64,000 bases of DNA from positions 36,136,213-36,200,212 of the forward strand of contig OZ234493.1 of NCBI GenBank assembly GCA_965153455.1, written 5' to 3'. Each line of letters starts with the position of its first letter. Within the stretch, counting starts at the first letter, position 1. Shown piece after piece: positions 23,421 through 36,800 of the stretch. The DNA comes from Sphagnum compactum. Taxonomy: Eukaryota. The position numbers were made by a program, and so were the translations under genes. The notes below the pieces were generated by a model. The model had not been told where the DNA came from and ran no database searches. It worked only from the letters and a program-made list of their open reading frames with translations.

Positions 23421-26400
23421 AAGTGTGATAAATAGAGTTATCCGTAAACTAACCCTGTCTTCACCCTCTTTTTGGGGCTCCTTTCACCCCCTATACCCTC
23501 TTTCTGCAAAGTAAACACGTTTTAATGAATCTCAGTATGAAATGCTGCAACTCAACATTTAGTGCACAAGGTTCGAAACTAATTATAGTAGTTGTAAACT
23601 TAGGAGTAGTGAAATTATATGTAGCAGCAATGGAGGCGCTCAGGAAAAAGGAAAGACAGGATGAAACTCAGTTTACCACCAAAGTTGATGGTTTTCTGAG
23701 TTTCATCCCAGTTGAATGCTAATTCACTTTTTTGCAGGTATTTTAAAAATCTCACCCTGTGTATGACCAAACTCAGGGTTCTGGTGGTGCTGTGTTTTTC
23801 TTACTTTACGGATAACTCTAATGTTGCAAAACAAAGCTAATAATGGACGGGTCTTCTAGGGTCTGCCTGACCTAACTGCTGTGCAAAATCCACCTGCCCA
23901 TTTCTGGTAATGCACATGTCGCACTGCAAATCATGAAAACCATTACGTTACACAATGTGCCAGCAGGTATGTGCCCATTTTGCTGCCCGTTCAGAAATTT
24001 TGGCTCACCCTACCAGGCTCATCCAAATTTATCATTCCCACCTAATTGGGCACAACGGATTGTAACTGGCACATTCCGTGATATACTACTTCCTTGATCT
24101 CTGCTGCCATTCCACCTACCCTGGAACCTGTCAAAGTGGAACTGGCAGACCATGGGCCATATTCTCACATAGGAAAACACCTTCAAGAAAAGGAAACATA
24201 TTAAATAATCAGCAAGTCTATTTTGAGCCGAGACCATTCTGGTAATCCGGCCCCTCTCGCCAGTTATCAGGCATAATTGGTATCTGGACTGTGTAGGTAA
24301 AAACTAAAAACTCGAGGAGAGAAGGGAGAAAATTATGTGTTATAACCCCCCCTCTGCTGTACCAATGAGCAAGTCATATGTTGGACAATGCAGTCTAGAA
24401 ACTGGTTACGAAATTTTTTAAAAAAGACCCCGAAAACTGGCTACGAGTTTACGTTTTCACCCGTAGAGGGCTGAAAACTACCAGGGAGTGGACTTCAATT
24501 AATTCAATACTTTTGACCCCTCTCTACTAGCTGCATATTTTTTCTCTCTCTCTAGCCTAGTCCTCAGTTGTCAAAAAGTAGAAACCCTAAATTGAGGGAC
24601 TGAGTCCGGTTGGGCGCACTGGCGACAAGGCAGGCCCACGGCCCACATAAAACAACAGGTCATTCCACGTGTAAGGAGGGGTGATTGGTGACGGTTCTAC
24701 CATCATTTGTTGAGGGGGAAAAGACGCAAATTGTGGGGGATAGAGTGAGTCAGAGGATGCGGAAAGGAAAAATATCTGGCATTCAATAACAATGCAAATA
24801 GTGAGGTTTGTATTGAATCCTATACTAATAGCATTGTGCATTGACACTTGCAAAGTTCGGAGAGGGGGAGGTATTTTTGGCGTCCTGTGTTTGAGTGTCC
24901 TATAGCTTTTCAAGGTGGCCCACATGGGGATGGATGATGGGAAAAGTATGGCAAGTTTATGCACAGTAGGTCCCTATTGGAACACACAGGCTAAATAGAG
25001 TAGACCCTAGGGAATCCATGAATAATAACAAGGGGTGTTGTGTGTCACACTTTGGCCATGCCATTTACATGAAAAAAGTATTTTAAAGGCAAAAGAAGAA
25101 TTATGAAAACTCAAATATTTCACCGTGCAAATATATAATCTTCAAAAAAGGAACCAAAATCCTTCAAGATATTATAACTCTATAACTCAAGTTTCAACAC
25201 AGGCCAAAATATCGTCTTTCAAAATCCTCGTATAAAAATAGACCTATTATTATTATTATTATTACCTAGGTGCCAAAATCCCTTAAGCTACTATACTCTA
25301 TAATGAATCTGAACACAATGTCTTTGCCTTGGTAGGCAAGGCCAACAACAAAGGGATGGGCAGGCAGCTTCCTTCACACACAACCTTATCCCATCTTTTG
25401 CTGATTCAGCCTTTTGCTTATATTAGCCTCTCTTCACTGTTACTCTCTGTTTGTTTTTCTTTGGGGGCGTTTCTCAAGAATCTGCGCCCCAAGGAAGTGT
25501 TGAAGTTGTGATCCGACGATTAAGGGGAGTCTTGGGTTTGGAAATCTGTGCATCAATGAAGCCCGCCCAGATGCTTCCAAATCTTTCATCCTGTCCCCTG
25601 TGTTGACCAGCCTAAAACCCGAACCCTCCAGTGCAGCCTCAAGGATGGATGATAAGTAGTCATGAAACAGTTTTCTGTCGGGTTCCAGTTCCCTGTCTAA
25701 CCACTGTGGTTAGTTACCTCCGTTGCAAAAAAATTTGGGTGCCTACCTACTAGCAACCTGCCCAAGGACTGATAAGAATTTTGAGAATTATTTGAAAAAT
25801 GGGAGATGGATGAAAAAATTCATAAGGTCCTCCTATTGACATTAGTGGGTTCAGGTTGTTCCTAAATTTGCAACACTGAATATTTATGTAGATAATTTTA
25901 TAGCCATTGGGAATGGCAAAATATTCAGATAATTTTATAGCCATTGGGAATGGCATCGCCATGGATAATCTTGGTGCTTGCCAATCGTCAGGATTAGCCA
26001 TGGTTTAGCCACAACCAATGAACCACATCCAAATTCAACATTTTTGAGCACTGTATCTTTTCTTCAAATATTTGAATGAATGACCTAACTTTTAACCTAC
26101 TATGAATTTATACTTCATATGACATGATACTTCATACTTGAATCATACACATTGGTTACTACCTACTATGGTTAAAATTACAATCAGTAACCAATGTCAT
26201 ATTTGGTTACTTCACCTTTCAACATTCCCATGGATGATGTACAAAGTTCAGGATCTTCAAAATAAAACCTTTGTTTCCCCTACCCCTCCAACAAATAAGG
26301 GTAGTTCCAAGTCAAAAATGAAAGGTACTATCTACAATTGTGTTTGTTCACATTGGATGTTGCAGGTTGCATAAATTTCCTAGAGTGATATAAGACAAGT

Positions 26401-28004
26401 ATTTTTTTGGTACAAATTGCCAAGTCCCCATGTTTTGTTTGATGTTAAAGATCCCTGATGTAGTAGTTTCCAATAGCCCACCTTTTGTCCCATATTCCTT
26501 GCCCAAAGTCATACTCTTTCAGCCTATGTTGGTGGGCCAAACGGAAGCCCTAAGTCAAAAGGTTTGAAACTCCCACTTTGTGATGGGCCAATCCACAAGG
26601 CTCTTATCACACAAAAATAACTACTTAAATAGAAGTTTGGATGCACCACAACCAATTGAAAAGATGGTAACACTAGGTTTTTTGAGGGCTTTGAAGTGTT
26701 ATTTCTGCATTTGGAACACCTTGGAAACCTATCTTCCTTGGTATAATATTGGTTTGGATTGTTATTTAAAAAGACATTCAAAGATATTTTTTATTAAAAA
26801 AATTGTATTGATTAAATGACATAAAATTAATGTATTAGATTACAATTCCTTAAAAAGTTGGTTCAAATTTGTCTTGGACTATCTGACACAACTACATTAA
26901 TTTTGGCAAAATATTGAACTTATTATCTGAGCTACAGATATCTAAGCTCCAAATGCTCCATGGCAACGTCAGGATGTCCCCCTCACAGTTGCGTGCTGTA
27001 TGGGTGTGTTCTTCACAGTATGCAAGATGGGTTACCCATGGCCCCCATGACCCTGCATGCAGGAGCACCAAATTTGGATGAACAGTCACTAAATTGGAAT
27101 TATTTTTCATTGGGTTCATGACCATTTGTTAACCACCATGATTAGCACTGTGACATTTTTTTGGTGCTGACCCTTTTGTCCTTGGTTTTATTTACCTTTT
27201 TTTCAAAGAAAAACTACTTGCCCTTAACCTCACCTACCTACTATCCCCATCTTGCCTTACACTAACTTAGAACCCACCACTCATAGGCACATCTTGACCT
27301 CCCCACCTACTTACTTTATATACCTTCAAGCTCCTTACCTACCTACCTACCTACCTACCTACTATCTCCCACCCCCCACTTGCCTGCCTATCTACCTACC
27401 CATCTAATACTCACCTAGTTACTTACTACCCACTTTTCTATATACCTAGTATCGAACTGATGTAGGTACTTACTTCACCCCACTTACCTAGCCCCACTAC
27501 TTGCCTATTTGTTGCTCCAACCGAGCCGATAGTTGCTAAAGATGATCAAACCCATGCAACCCATGAAAATATTAAGCTAACCCTGGCTGTTGGTATTGCT
27601 CTTGAGGTTAGTTATATTAGCATGATTTTCACATGGGTTTGCCTCCACTTTGTCCCATTTCATGCATAATGTACAATTAAGGATATTTAATTTTCTTGGC
27701 TGAATTGAATAGAGGTGTTTTTCAAAGGCTAATGAGATGTGCCAAACTTTTCTGAGACTACATGTTTCTTGCAAACCACTCTCTTGATGATAAATAAATT
27801 AAGGCATGAAATATATTTAGGTAGGATTTAAAGCTTTGCTTTAATTAGACATATATGGAGCAAGGTCAATTTATTTGTCCTTTGAAAATGTGGGAACAAA
27901 TATCAATATAAAAAAATAAGAGTAATAATTCCTCTATGCTTCATTTAGGGTTTTTAGTTTCATTTGGTTTCATTTTTTTCCATAATTAGTTACTCTTCAT
28001 ATTA

Positions 28005-28610
28005 AAAAAAAATTGTCATTTATATACAATTGTTTGTTTATTAAATTGTGACAATGCATATACCACTTGTAGGGTCTAAGGTGTGTATTGGTATGGAAGA
28101 TTAGGGTTTGTAAACATGTGAGAATAATGCATGTCATTTATCATTAGTATGCAGGATAATGAAGGTAATGTGTGTTTAAGCTTTAATATAAAAGTAGAGG
28201 TTTTTACATTAAATTTGTAATGATCGGGCTTCATTAAGAAAAGTTAGGTATTATAATTGCAATTTGAAGAGGCGCATTGAAGTTTTTTTCAAGGATAGTG
28301 AAGACAATTTTCAATACAATTAATAATAGTGACTTTTCATCTTTGTCGCATGAAGGGTTTTTGATTTCATGAGGTTTTTTAAAAATTCCATAATTATCTC
28401 CTCATGAGTTTTTTGAAAAACAAAAAATTGACATTTGCACATGATTGTTTGTTTATTAAATAAATTGTGGCAATGCACATATCACTTAAAAGGTTCAAGT
28501 TGTGTATTGGTATCAAATATTAGGGTTTGCAAACATGTAAAAGAAATGCATGTTTAACCATGTTTAAACTTTAATCCTATTTTAACATAAAACTATAGGT
28601 TTTAACATTG
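28005..28610. repeat. Degenerate direct repeat of about 200 bp (28005-28210 and 28420-28610) upstream of the MULE transposase
   Basis: ttgtttgtttattaaa...ttgtg.caatgca...tgtgtattggtat...ttagggtttg.aaacatgt occurs in both. Confidence 0.75.
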
Positions 28611-28689
28611 GTTCATTTCTTGTACTAGGGGCACATCTTGAAAGGTCATAAACATGGGGCAAACACCAAAGTCTCAAAGTATAAAGGTC

Positions 28690-30780
28690 CAAAACCCTTT
28701 GAGATCACTATTTCGAAATGTGGACTTGGTGTGAAAAAAGGGTGGGTGACATGGAGGTGCAAACAAGATTTCCATTAAAGATTCCACATGCACATGTTCA
28801 CAAGTTCCTCAAAGGTGAACAAGATGATTTGTGTACCTTGGTGGAATGGAACATACACAAAAATGTGTCATAACAAAATGATATCAAAAATTCAACAACT
28901 ACCAACTTGGGTATACTTGGTAAATGTCATATTCCATGCCTTTGCTATTTATTATCTCTATGTCAATGTATTTCACACAAATAGGTTAGGTTTTGCAATC
29001 AAACGAATGTTTTGTAATATGAATGTGGGTATGGTTTAGATTACCATTGAGGAGAACCAAACTATGTTAAATCAACTTATAAAACAAGGTTGTTCAATAC
29101 ATTGTTAATCAAACGGTTATACATATGGTCAAAGGTCATGGATATATCCTTTTATCATTTTGTAAACACCTAAGCAAATGGTGAACCTACACGTGGCCAA
29201 CATGATCATAAATCCATGGTTTGCATGCCACAATATGTTCCATGAATATCCCAAGCTTTAAAGTATCATATTTGGACCTAGTTGATCTTGGGATACACTA
29301 TCAAACAAATATATGATAAACCAAAGCAATTTGGTGGGTATGGGTGAATGTGCGAGAAGCCATGATCACTAATGATTTTATTAGGGAACAAAACATGTAT
29401 ATTTGAACCAAAAATACAAGATTGAAAGTTCCAACACTTGCATCAAATTCAAATTTGGGCATTCACTCACCCGGAGGATGTGTTTTATTTCCAAGATATG
29501 AGTAAAGTTAATGACATTCAAGTGGCATTCACCATAGAAATCCGAACATTCATGTAACTACAATCCATGTTCTTGTGCAACCATAATCCAAGGTTATTTC
29601 AATGGATGCCACATTTGTTTAATGACATGAAATTTCATTTGTTCACATTGATTGCATTTGATGCACATCACACCAAAGAGCTAGTAGTTTGGATCATCAC
29701 AAGCCAAAAGTATGGTGGTGTTTAATTTTCTTTAGAGCAAAAAATATTATGAAGCATGCCCAAATAGAAGCCCTTTTTTTCATTGTTGATAATGCCCCAT
29801 CAAAATTACAAGCAAATGGTGAGTCCTATTTCATCTCCATCTTCTTGTGTTTATTGATAGGTTTTAATGTGTGCGTGTTTTGAATATTTGCATATTTGCA
29901 TAGTTTAACTTAGGTTAATTAGGATAACCTATGTTAATTTAAATTAGTTTAGATTTTTAAAAAGAAGTGTGTATAATCACATGATGACAATTATTATAAT
30001 ATAAAAAAGATGTGGTGCAATGGTTAATTAGGATTTCAACCCTCAATGTGAAAGTGAAGGGCTCAAGTTTTCACACTTGTAAACTATTTAACCATGCTAG
30101 GGTACTAGGTTGTCTAACTTGGTTAAGTTACCTAAGGTACCTAGCCTAAGCTTGGCACATAACAACATAACACTAAACCACCATACATGTAGGACCACAT
30201 TACCTATTAGTTTACAAAATAAAGAAAATCATTAAATAATCATTATACAAAGGTGGTTTGGTGGAAAGTGTGTAGAACTATTGCCACACAACTTGTTTCC
30301 TAATGCATTTCATTGTGCATAAGTTTTAAACCACTATAGTGGTTTCATAATATTCCATACAAAAACGGGTGGAATGTTGAATTGTTTAGGATGCAATTTC
30401 TAGTAGTGAAAAGTTTGTCATGCACATATGTAGGTAATGCAAGTTTAACCATGAACAATGAAAGTTGCATGATTACATGCAAATATTATTAAGGTCATCA
30501 CTTACAAAATTAGAATTTTGCCCATACATATGTTCAACCATGCAAGGTGGGTTTTTGGTAATATGTAGCTATAACAAAGTCGAACTTATACAATGAGGGA
30601 TATGAAGATCCAACGTGGGTTTTGCAAGTTTAGCCGTAAACATTGAGGGGGAGAATTTGATGCAAGTATTGATGTGGTGTTGATAGAGGAAAATATTAGA
30701 AGACATTTGGTAGGTATAAGCTAGATTGCCCCATCAAGCCTACCCATCAACCATGTGATGTGGGCATCAACCGATAATGA
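28690..30780 (+). mobile_element. Mutator-like (MULE/SWIM) transposase fossil
   Basis: VISMDATF (29593), then after a frameshift NDMKFHLFTLIAFDAHHTKELVVWIITSQ, and FIVDNAP (29779). These are the first and second catalytic-D regions of MULE transposases. GTGAGT donor at 29819. Many stops. Confidence 0.75.
30009..30155 (+). mobile_element. Degenerate tRNA-like (SINE-like) head plus CCTAG-rich tail
   Basis: A-box-like TGGTGCAATGG 30013-30023 and B-box-like GGCTCAAGTTT 30060-30070, followed by ctagggtactaggtt...acctaaggtacctagcctaag. Confidence 0.45.
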
Positions 30781-32723
30781 TATTGTACAAATAACAAGTA
30801 GGTACATATCCCTCACCCACCTACAAACTCATATGGTGGTTGATAATCCTTGAATGTACCCCAAATGTACATCAATTTAACATGGTCCCTTATTTGGTAT
30901 AACCTTATTCAACTAAGCATCTTCTAGCTTGGTCTCCTCTTAGTTGTCTCAAGATAATCGTGTAGTTCAACATCAATCATCCATCTTTAATATGACATGC
31001 AATGTTATTTGATAATTTTAGTTGCCTAATATCCTTCTCCTTTGGCAATTATGGGTTGCTTGAACAATAAAATGTCCTTAATCGTGTAGTCCCAAACCAA
31101 TTTATAGGGTTCATGTAGTCACAAAATAGTTCCTAAATTGCCTTGCTCAAGTCACTCATTTGTTCTTTAGTTATTATTAGATAATCGACTTTAAGGTCAA
31201 GTTGTCAATCTGTGGGTTACAATCTTGGATTAAATTCCATTTGAATGAAGATTCATGAATCACCTAAATGGATCAATTGAAATGGATGAATTTAATATAC
31301 ATATATGAAAGTATTTTGATGAATTTCATTTCAATCCAATTGAAATCAACCCCCTAAATGGATATAAATAAGTAGATGATCTTGTTCCAATAGAGAAAGA
31401 AAAATCAATTAAATTGATTGAAATCAACCCATATCAATCATCCACTAGTGAAGATAAATGATTTAGCATATATTGACTAAATTAATCCAACTCATTGAAA
31501 TATATTGGTTGAATGAAATTGGTTGAATAGACTTCAATTGATAAAATAGAGATAGGTGAATATAGCCATAAATCTAAATATGATTGTATACAGATTTCCA
31601 ATCATGTAGATTTGGAGTTAAAGTCTCAATGAATTTTTTTAGTGGGTTTAGACATGGATATATATTGTTATCCATGGATGTCTTTGCAATGTGGGTACTA
31701 CAATCTTCAACAACCACTTGTAATGGCAACCCCTTCATCATAGGTCCATACTTGAAATTGTCTCATTTTATTCAAACACCCTAACTAAACAGCCCAATGT
31801 ATTACAGTAGTTCAGGAGCAACTTCAACACCTGTCTATTGAAATTTTGATTCATTTAGAAGATTTTGTGTCGAAAATATATATATTCTTGAATATTCCAA
31901 AAGATTTTATATTTTTTCCTTCACAAAAATGGGTTCTTTGAAAAATGTAATTTTTGAAATTTTCATCATTTCTACAGATGACATAATTAATGTGGAACTG
32001 CCTTGAAGGACTACTGTGTGCCAATTTAACATGGGAAGGAAGGCTATGTATGCAAAGAAAGGTAAGCAAAGGCAAGTAGGCATGTTTGGTAAGTAGGATA
32101 TGCAAGCAAAAACTTAGTGGCAAAATTCAGCTTGGTTTTTGAGTGGCAAAATCCCATTGGAAATAGGTATAGATATTCAGTAGAAGCTCATTCTTGGTTC
32201 CAGTTCCCTTAGTTTTTTGAACTGAGAGTAGTACTAGGCTGTCAACTATTTGACCACATGGCTAATACCAGTGTACCTAGGACAAAGAAATTGAGGAAGA
32301 TTTCTGTCCTTTGCAAAGCAGACAGCTAAGGGTATAATAATAAAGCCATGTCTGCTTTGACCCACTTCAAACAAATTGGTTCTCCTTAAAAGAAACAAGA
32401 AAGTGCCAAGAATAGGCCCAACCCTAAACCCATCTTTTTGGTTCACTTCTGAACAGTCAAAATATCCCATCCTCAGACTAAACTGCCTTGACCCAACACC
32501 TACACTGGTACCAGCCTTGGATGAATGAAAGACAGGCCCGGCTTTGTGTGCATGGGTAGGTAGGTATATTGTGAACACCTAGGTGGCCTAGATTAAATAG
32601 GTTGCCCCCCACACCCCCCCCCCCCCTTTGTGGAGTTTTTTGGTAGGTTAAATATAGCCCTTGTTGGAGGCCTAACTCAAGAAGGGGACGGGCCCATGTA
32701 GGTTTAGGGTTTAGGGTTCACCA

Positions 32724-33047
32724 TGTGGCCCATCCTCAGCACTGACTCACTCCCAACTCCTTTCAGGATAATTCCGGGGCAAAAGTAAAAAAACCATGCT
32801 TATTCATGGGTGGTTCAAAGGTTCATAAGGGGGTCATGGGTGGTTCATAAGGGATGGGTGGAATGGTGGTTCATATGTGGTTCGAATGCAACATTCCCTA
32901 CCCCCTCCTCCCCCTCTTCATTGCCATTTTAAAAAAGGGTGCGGGGGGGCACAAGAACCCCTCTTTTACAAGGCATGGTTTTTGCTGCTGCCGTGCCCAT
33001 CACTATCTCAAAGGGGTTGAGAGTTAGTTAGTACCGAGGGTGGCCCC
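32724..33047. mobile_element. MITE-like element with inverted ends of about 85 bp
   Basis: gtggcccatcctcagcactgactcactcccaactcctttcaggataat...aaaaaccatgc matches the reverse complement of gcatggtttttg...ctatctcaaaggggttgagagttagttagtaccgagggtggcccc. Preceded by GGTTTAGGGTTTAGGGTT at 32701-32718. Confidence 0.65.
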
Positions 33048-33424
33048 GCCCATATGTGTATTCTCTGCATTGTGAAAACTAGGGATGTGTAATAAATATA
33101 TAGGTCTGCTGTTCAAAAACCTTAACATTTACAGGGCCCATAATTTCAAGAGGCCAGATCAAAGTGCACATGAAGGTTGTATTACTTGCATCCTTAATCA
33201 ATTTTGCAAACCACTCATGCAAAAGACTTATGTTTCACATATGTGCATTTATGTGAACAAAAACTGAGCAGTTATGGGGTTGGAAACTAACATGGGCTCT
33301 TATAATTATTCACTAACCGTCCTCTACCGAGGGATGGTATGAACTATGTACTTGTAGTGGTTGTTGAATCCCCCTACACAAGGATGGTATGAATTATGAA
33401 CTTGAAGTGGTTGTCAAGTCCCAG

Positions 33425-33838
33425 TAACATTACATTTGCCCATAGTTGTTAATGCAGTCAGCACAAGAATACTGCTGCAAAAAATTTCCCCTAGGCCTGC
33501 TCTTTGCCCCATTCTCTTTCACCTTGTCATTTCTTGACATGTTTTGGGTTCATATCATATATGTTTTGAGCATGTTATGAGTGCTAGGGGGGGTATGTAA
33601 CATGCTACATCACCCTTGGAGCATGTTATGGGTGCTAGGGGGGTATGCGACATGTTACATGACCCTTGGCACATGCTACCTGGCATGTTATGTGGCCCTT
33701 GGTACTGGTAACATGAGAGGTTATTGGAGCAAAACATTACAAGGTGAAAAAGCCAGGGCAAAGGGCAGACTGAGGGAAAAACATTGCAGCAGTACTCTTG
33801 TACTTCCTGCATTAACAACTATGGGAAATGTAATGTTA
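33425..33838. mobile_element. MITE/foldback element with TIRs of about 110 bp and an internal 51-bp tandem repeat
   Basis: taacattacatttgcccatagttgttaatgcag...ttcaccttgt matches the reverse complement of acaaggtgaaa...ctgcattaacaactatgggaaatgtaatgtta. GTCCCAG occurs on both flanks (33418-33424 and 33841-33847). Confidence 0.8.
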
Positions 33839-36800
33839 TGGTCCCAGTCCCCCCCCCCCCCCACAACTCTTTTTTCAAATGCAAGCAAATGGTTTGCATT
33901 TGCATGCATGTATGGAAACACTTGACCATTCTGCATCATAAAGTGTCATAGTTAACTACTATGCAAAATTCTAGCCTTTTTTGGGGGCCAAATCTGACAC
34001 CCATGCAGCCAATTCTGTCATCAGAATGCCAATTTATATCACCTTAAAGCAAGGCATGGCTTTTAAGGACAATTTTTGAACTCTTTAATTGTGTCAAATT
34101 GCCTCAGTAGCTGATTCCACAAAACTACACTCAAATCTTTTGCTGTAAATTGCATGACTTGGTTATGATGAAACCAACCATTCCTTTGTTTGTATGGTTT
34201 CCAAAATGCTTCATATCATTACTCCTAGATATCGCCCACCATTGAGTTCCAAGCTTGATTGATTCCATTTGCAATCAAATATGGTAATCCCATGGGAATT
34301 CACCCCTTTAATTTTCTTGGTGGTGATAAACACAATGTATTATGGCCATTGCTGAAGATGTTTTTGTTTCCTTGACCCATATGTCCATGAACATCATGTT
34401 TTTAGAAAATGTTGTTGGGAATTTGGTAAACATAATCACTATTGATCAACCCATACAAGTTGGTGTGTTTTTTGTTCAACTATTCAATGGAACAATAGTG
34501 TTGAATGCAGCCAAAAGAAAAGTGCGAAGTTATCAAAACTCAAATTTATCGTGTGAATCTATGAGGTTATGTGCAATGAAAAACTTAGAACATCAAGTGT
34601 GGTGCACCCCATACTTGTCGAGTGATTGATAATTTTTTATTTTGCAATAGCACAAGTTTAGAATCTAGGGCATGTTCCTTAGCACTACTTTTTTTTGTGA
34701 TTCATGATTTTGGAGTTGATGTATTTCTTGGAATACATAACCAAGTTGTGCAAGACAATTTGTCTTATAGCCCTTGCCAAAAGCTTTCCAACCCCATGTC
34801 AAACTCCTTCAATTAGTCTTTTCAAATCAAATGTCAAATAGCAAAAACAAATGTCAATTTGTGTCTTAGTCTTGCAAGCCTTCATAATTATTAGGATACA
34901 AATCTTATTTTGGAATAAAGGCCCATCTTCTTACACCAATGATTGAAATGTTTCCACCAACATTGAGATCATTCAATTTGAATAAAAGGGTGAAAACATG
35001 ATAAAATATGCCAAGAAAGTTTATTTATTTATTTTTAAGTAATCACATAGAAAAGCAATTTAAAAATATTCAAATCTTTTAGATATAGTAGCTAAGCCTT
35101 CTAGGCCTTTTATTGAGTTGTAAAAAAATGCGAAGTCAAAGTGTTGAAAAACAATTGTAACATAAAAATATGCAAAAAATACATTTGGAAATACATGTTG
35201 AATCTATGTTAAATGTTACTTCCTTTGCAATTCTTGAATAAAATATCTATACTTTAAATACAAATGACATTTGAATAATACATTTGAAGACAACATAAAA
35301 TAGAAAGTAAAATTAACATTTGTGTTAATGTTTTTTTACACTTGTTTAGAAAGTATCAGATAAAAAAGTTGTCTATTTTTTCAAGCTACATACATCTTTT
35401 CGAACAATCATATATGTCTATGAACATGTAATTATATTGAATTATCATAAGGAAGTCATGGAATGTCACATATTTCTTTTTTTTACCAAAGAAAAAATAA
35501 CTTTCACTTGTTTTATCCTTGGGTTTTGAACCATTTAACATTGAAAATTTACAAGACCACAAATAATTCACTTTACCATGCTTGCATTCAAGTCTTGATC
35601 CCTCAAACTTTATTTTGAACATTTCAAAATGAGGATTCATGTTGGGAATTGGAGGAGAGTTATCCTTTGACTTCTAGTTTATTTGTATTTTGTGGGTGAA
35701 AGTCAATTCTCCTTATCTTTTGCCTTATTTTCAACTTGTGTTCAAACCAAGCTTTTGGCCAAGGTTTTAACTTGTTTTCATCCAACAAAAGACATGTCCT
35801 TGATATGCCTCTGAATAAGTTTCAAATTCAAGTTAAGGACAAACAAAGCGAACAAATTAAAACTTATTAATGGCCTTCACCAAGTTCATGAAGGTGCCTT
35901 GATGTCACATTTATGATGAAAACCTAAGGTGGAAAAACCATCCAATACATGAGAGTTAAATGGTCAAAAAACAAATCATCCAAAATGATTGGTTGTGTCA
36001 CTTTAGGGCAATTTTTTTCAATATTTGGTGAAAAGTTCTATAAATTTGGTTCTATGAAATAATTTGAATGAATAATTACAAAAGCATCACCTTTCAATTT
36101 TGTCAATGCATCAAGTTGTGACTATGTATTGCACTTCAATTCCATACTTAACTTTATATATATATAACACAATAAGAATCATATTAATCCTTATTTTGGG
36201 GATTAAACGCCAAATACATATGCTTGACATATGCAAAAATAAATTTATTAAAAAAATTGTTTACGTGTAATGTTACAATCACTTTGTATCAATAAATAAT
36301 TTGAAATTTTATTTAAAATAAAAGTATAGTAAAAAGAAGTTGATTGTGGAAACAACATGCTTAAACAAAATAATAACGTTACTTACAATTGAATGAATTA
36401 TACAAAGTTCAACCTAAATTTTCACTTCAATTAAATTTGTTTGAATAAGATTATTAGAGGTTAATAGTTATGTTTAAAATTGGAATTTAGAGGTTAATAT
36501 TGAACTAAGAACAATTATTCTTTGCACATTTTTTCTATTACCCACAAAATAATAATCAAGATAAAATTGTATAGTTGGATGGTTTGGGATATCTAGGTTG
36601 GTGTAAGCAAGTTTGAGTGACCCAAAAATATTGTCCAAATAGTGTTCCATTTATGTTTTGGATTGTAAAAATTTTGTTGAAGATTTGCAACAACACATAA
36701 ATTCAAAATAAATATGAAAATCTTGTATTCCAAGGTAAACACAAGAAAACCATGAAAGTGTATTTTCATGGAATTAAAGTTAAATGGTATTTTGGTGGTA

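Noticed and set aside
30009-30085. Functional tRNA gene
   Set aside because: No convincing cloverleaf and a degenerate B box; kept only as a tRNA-like head.
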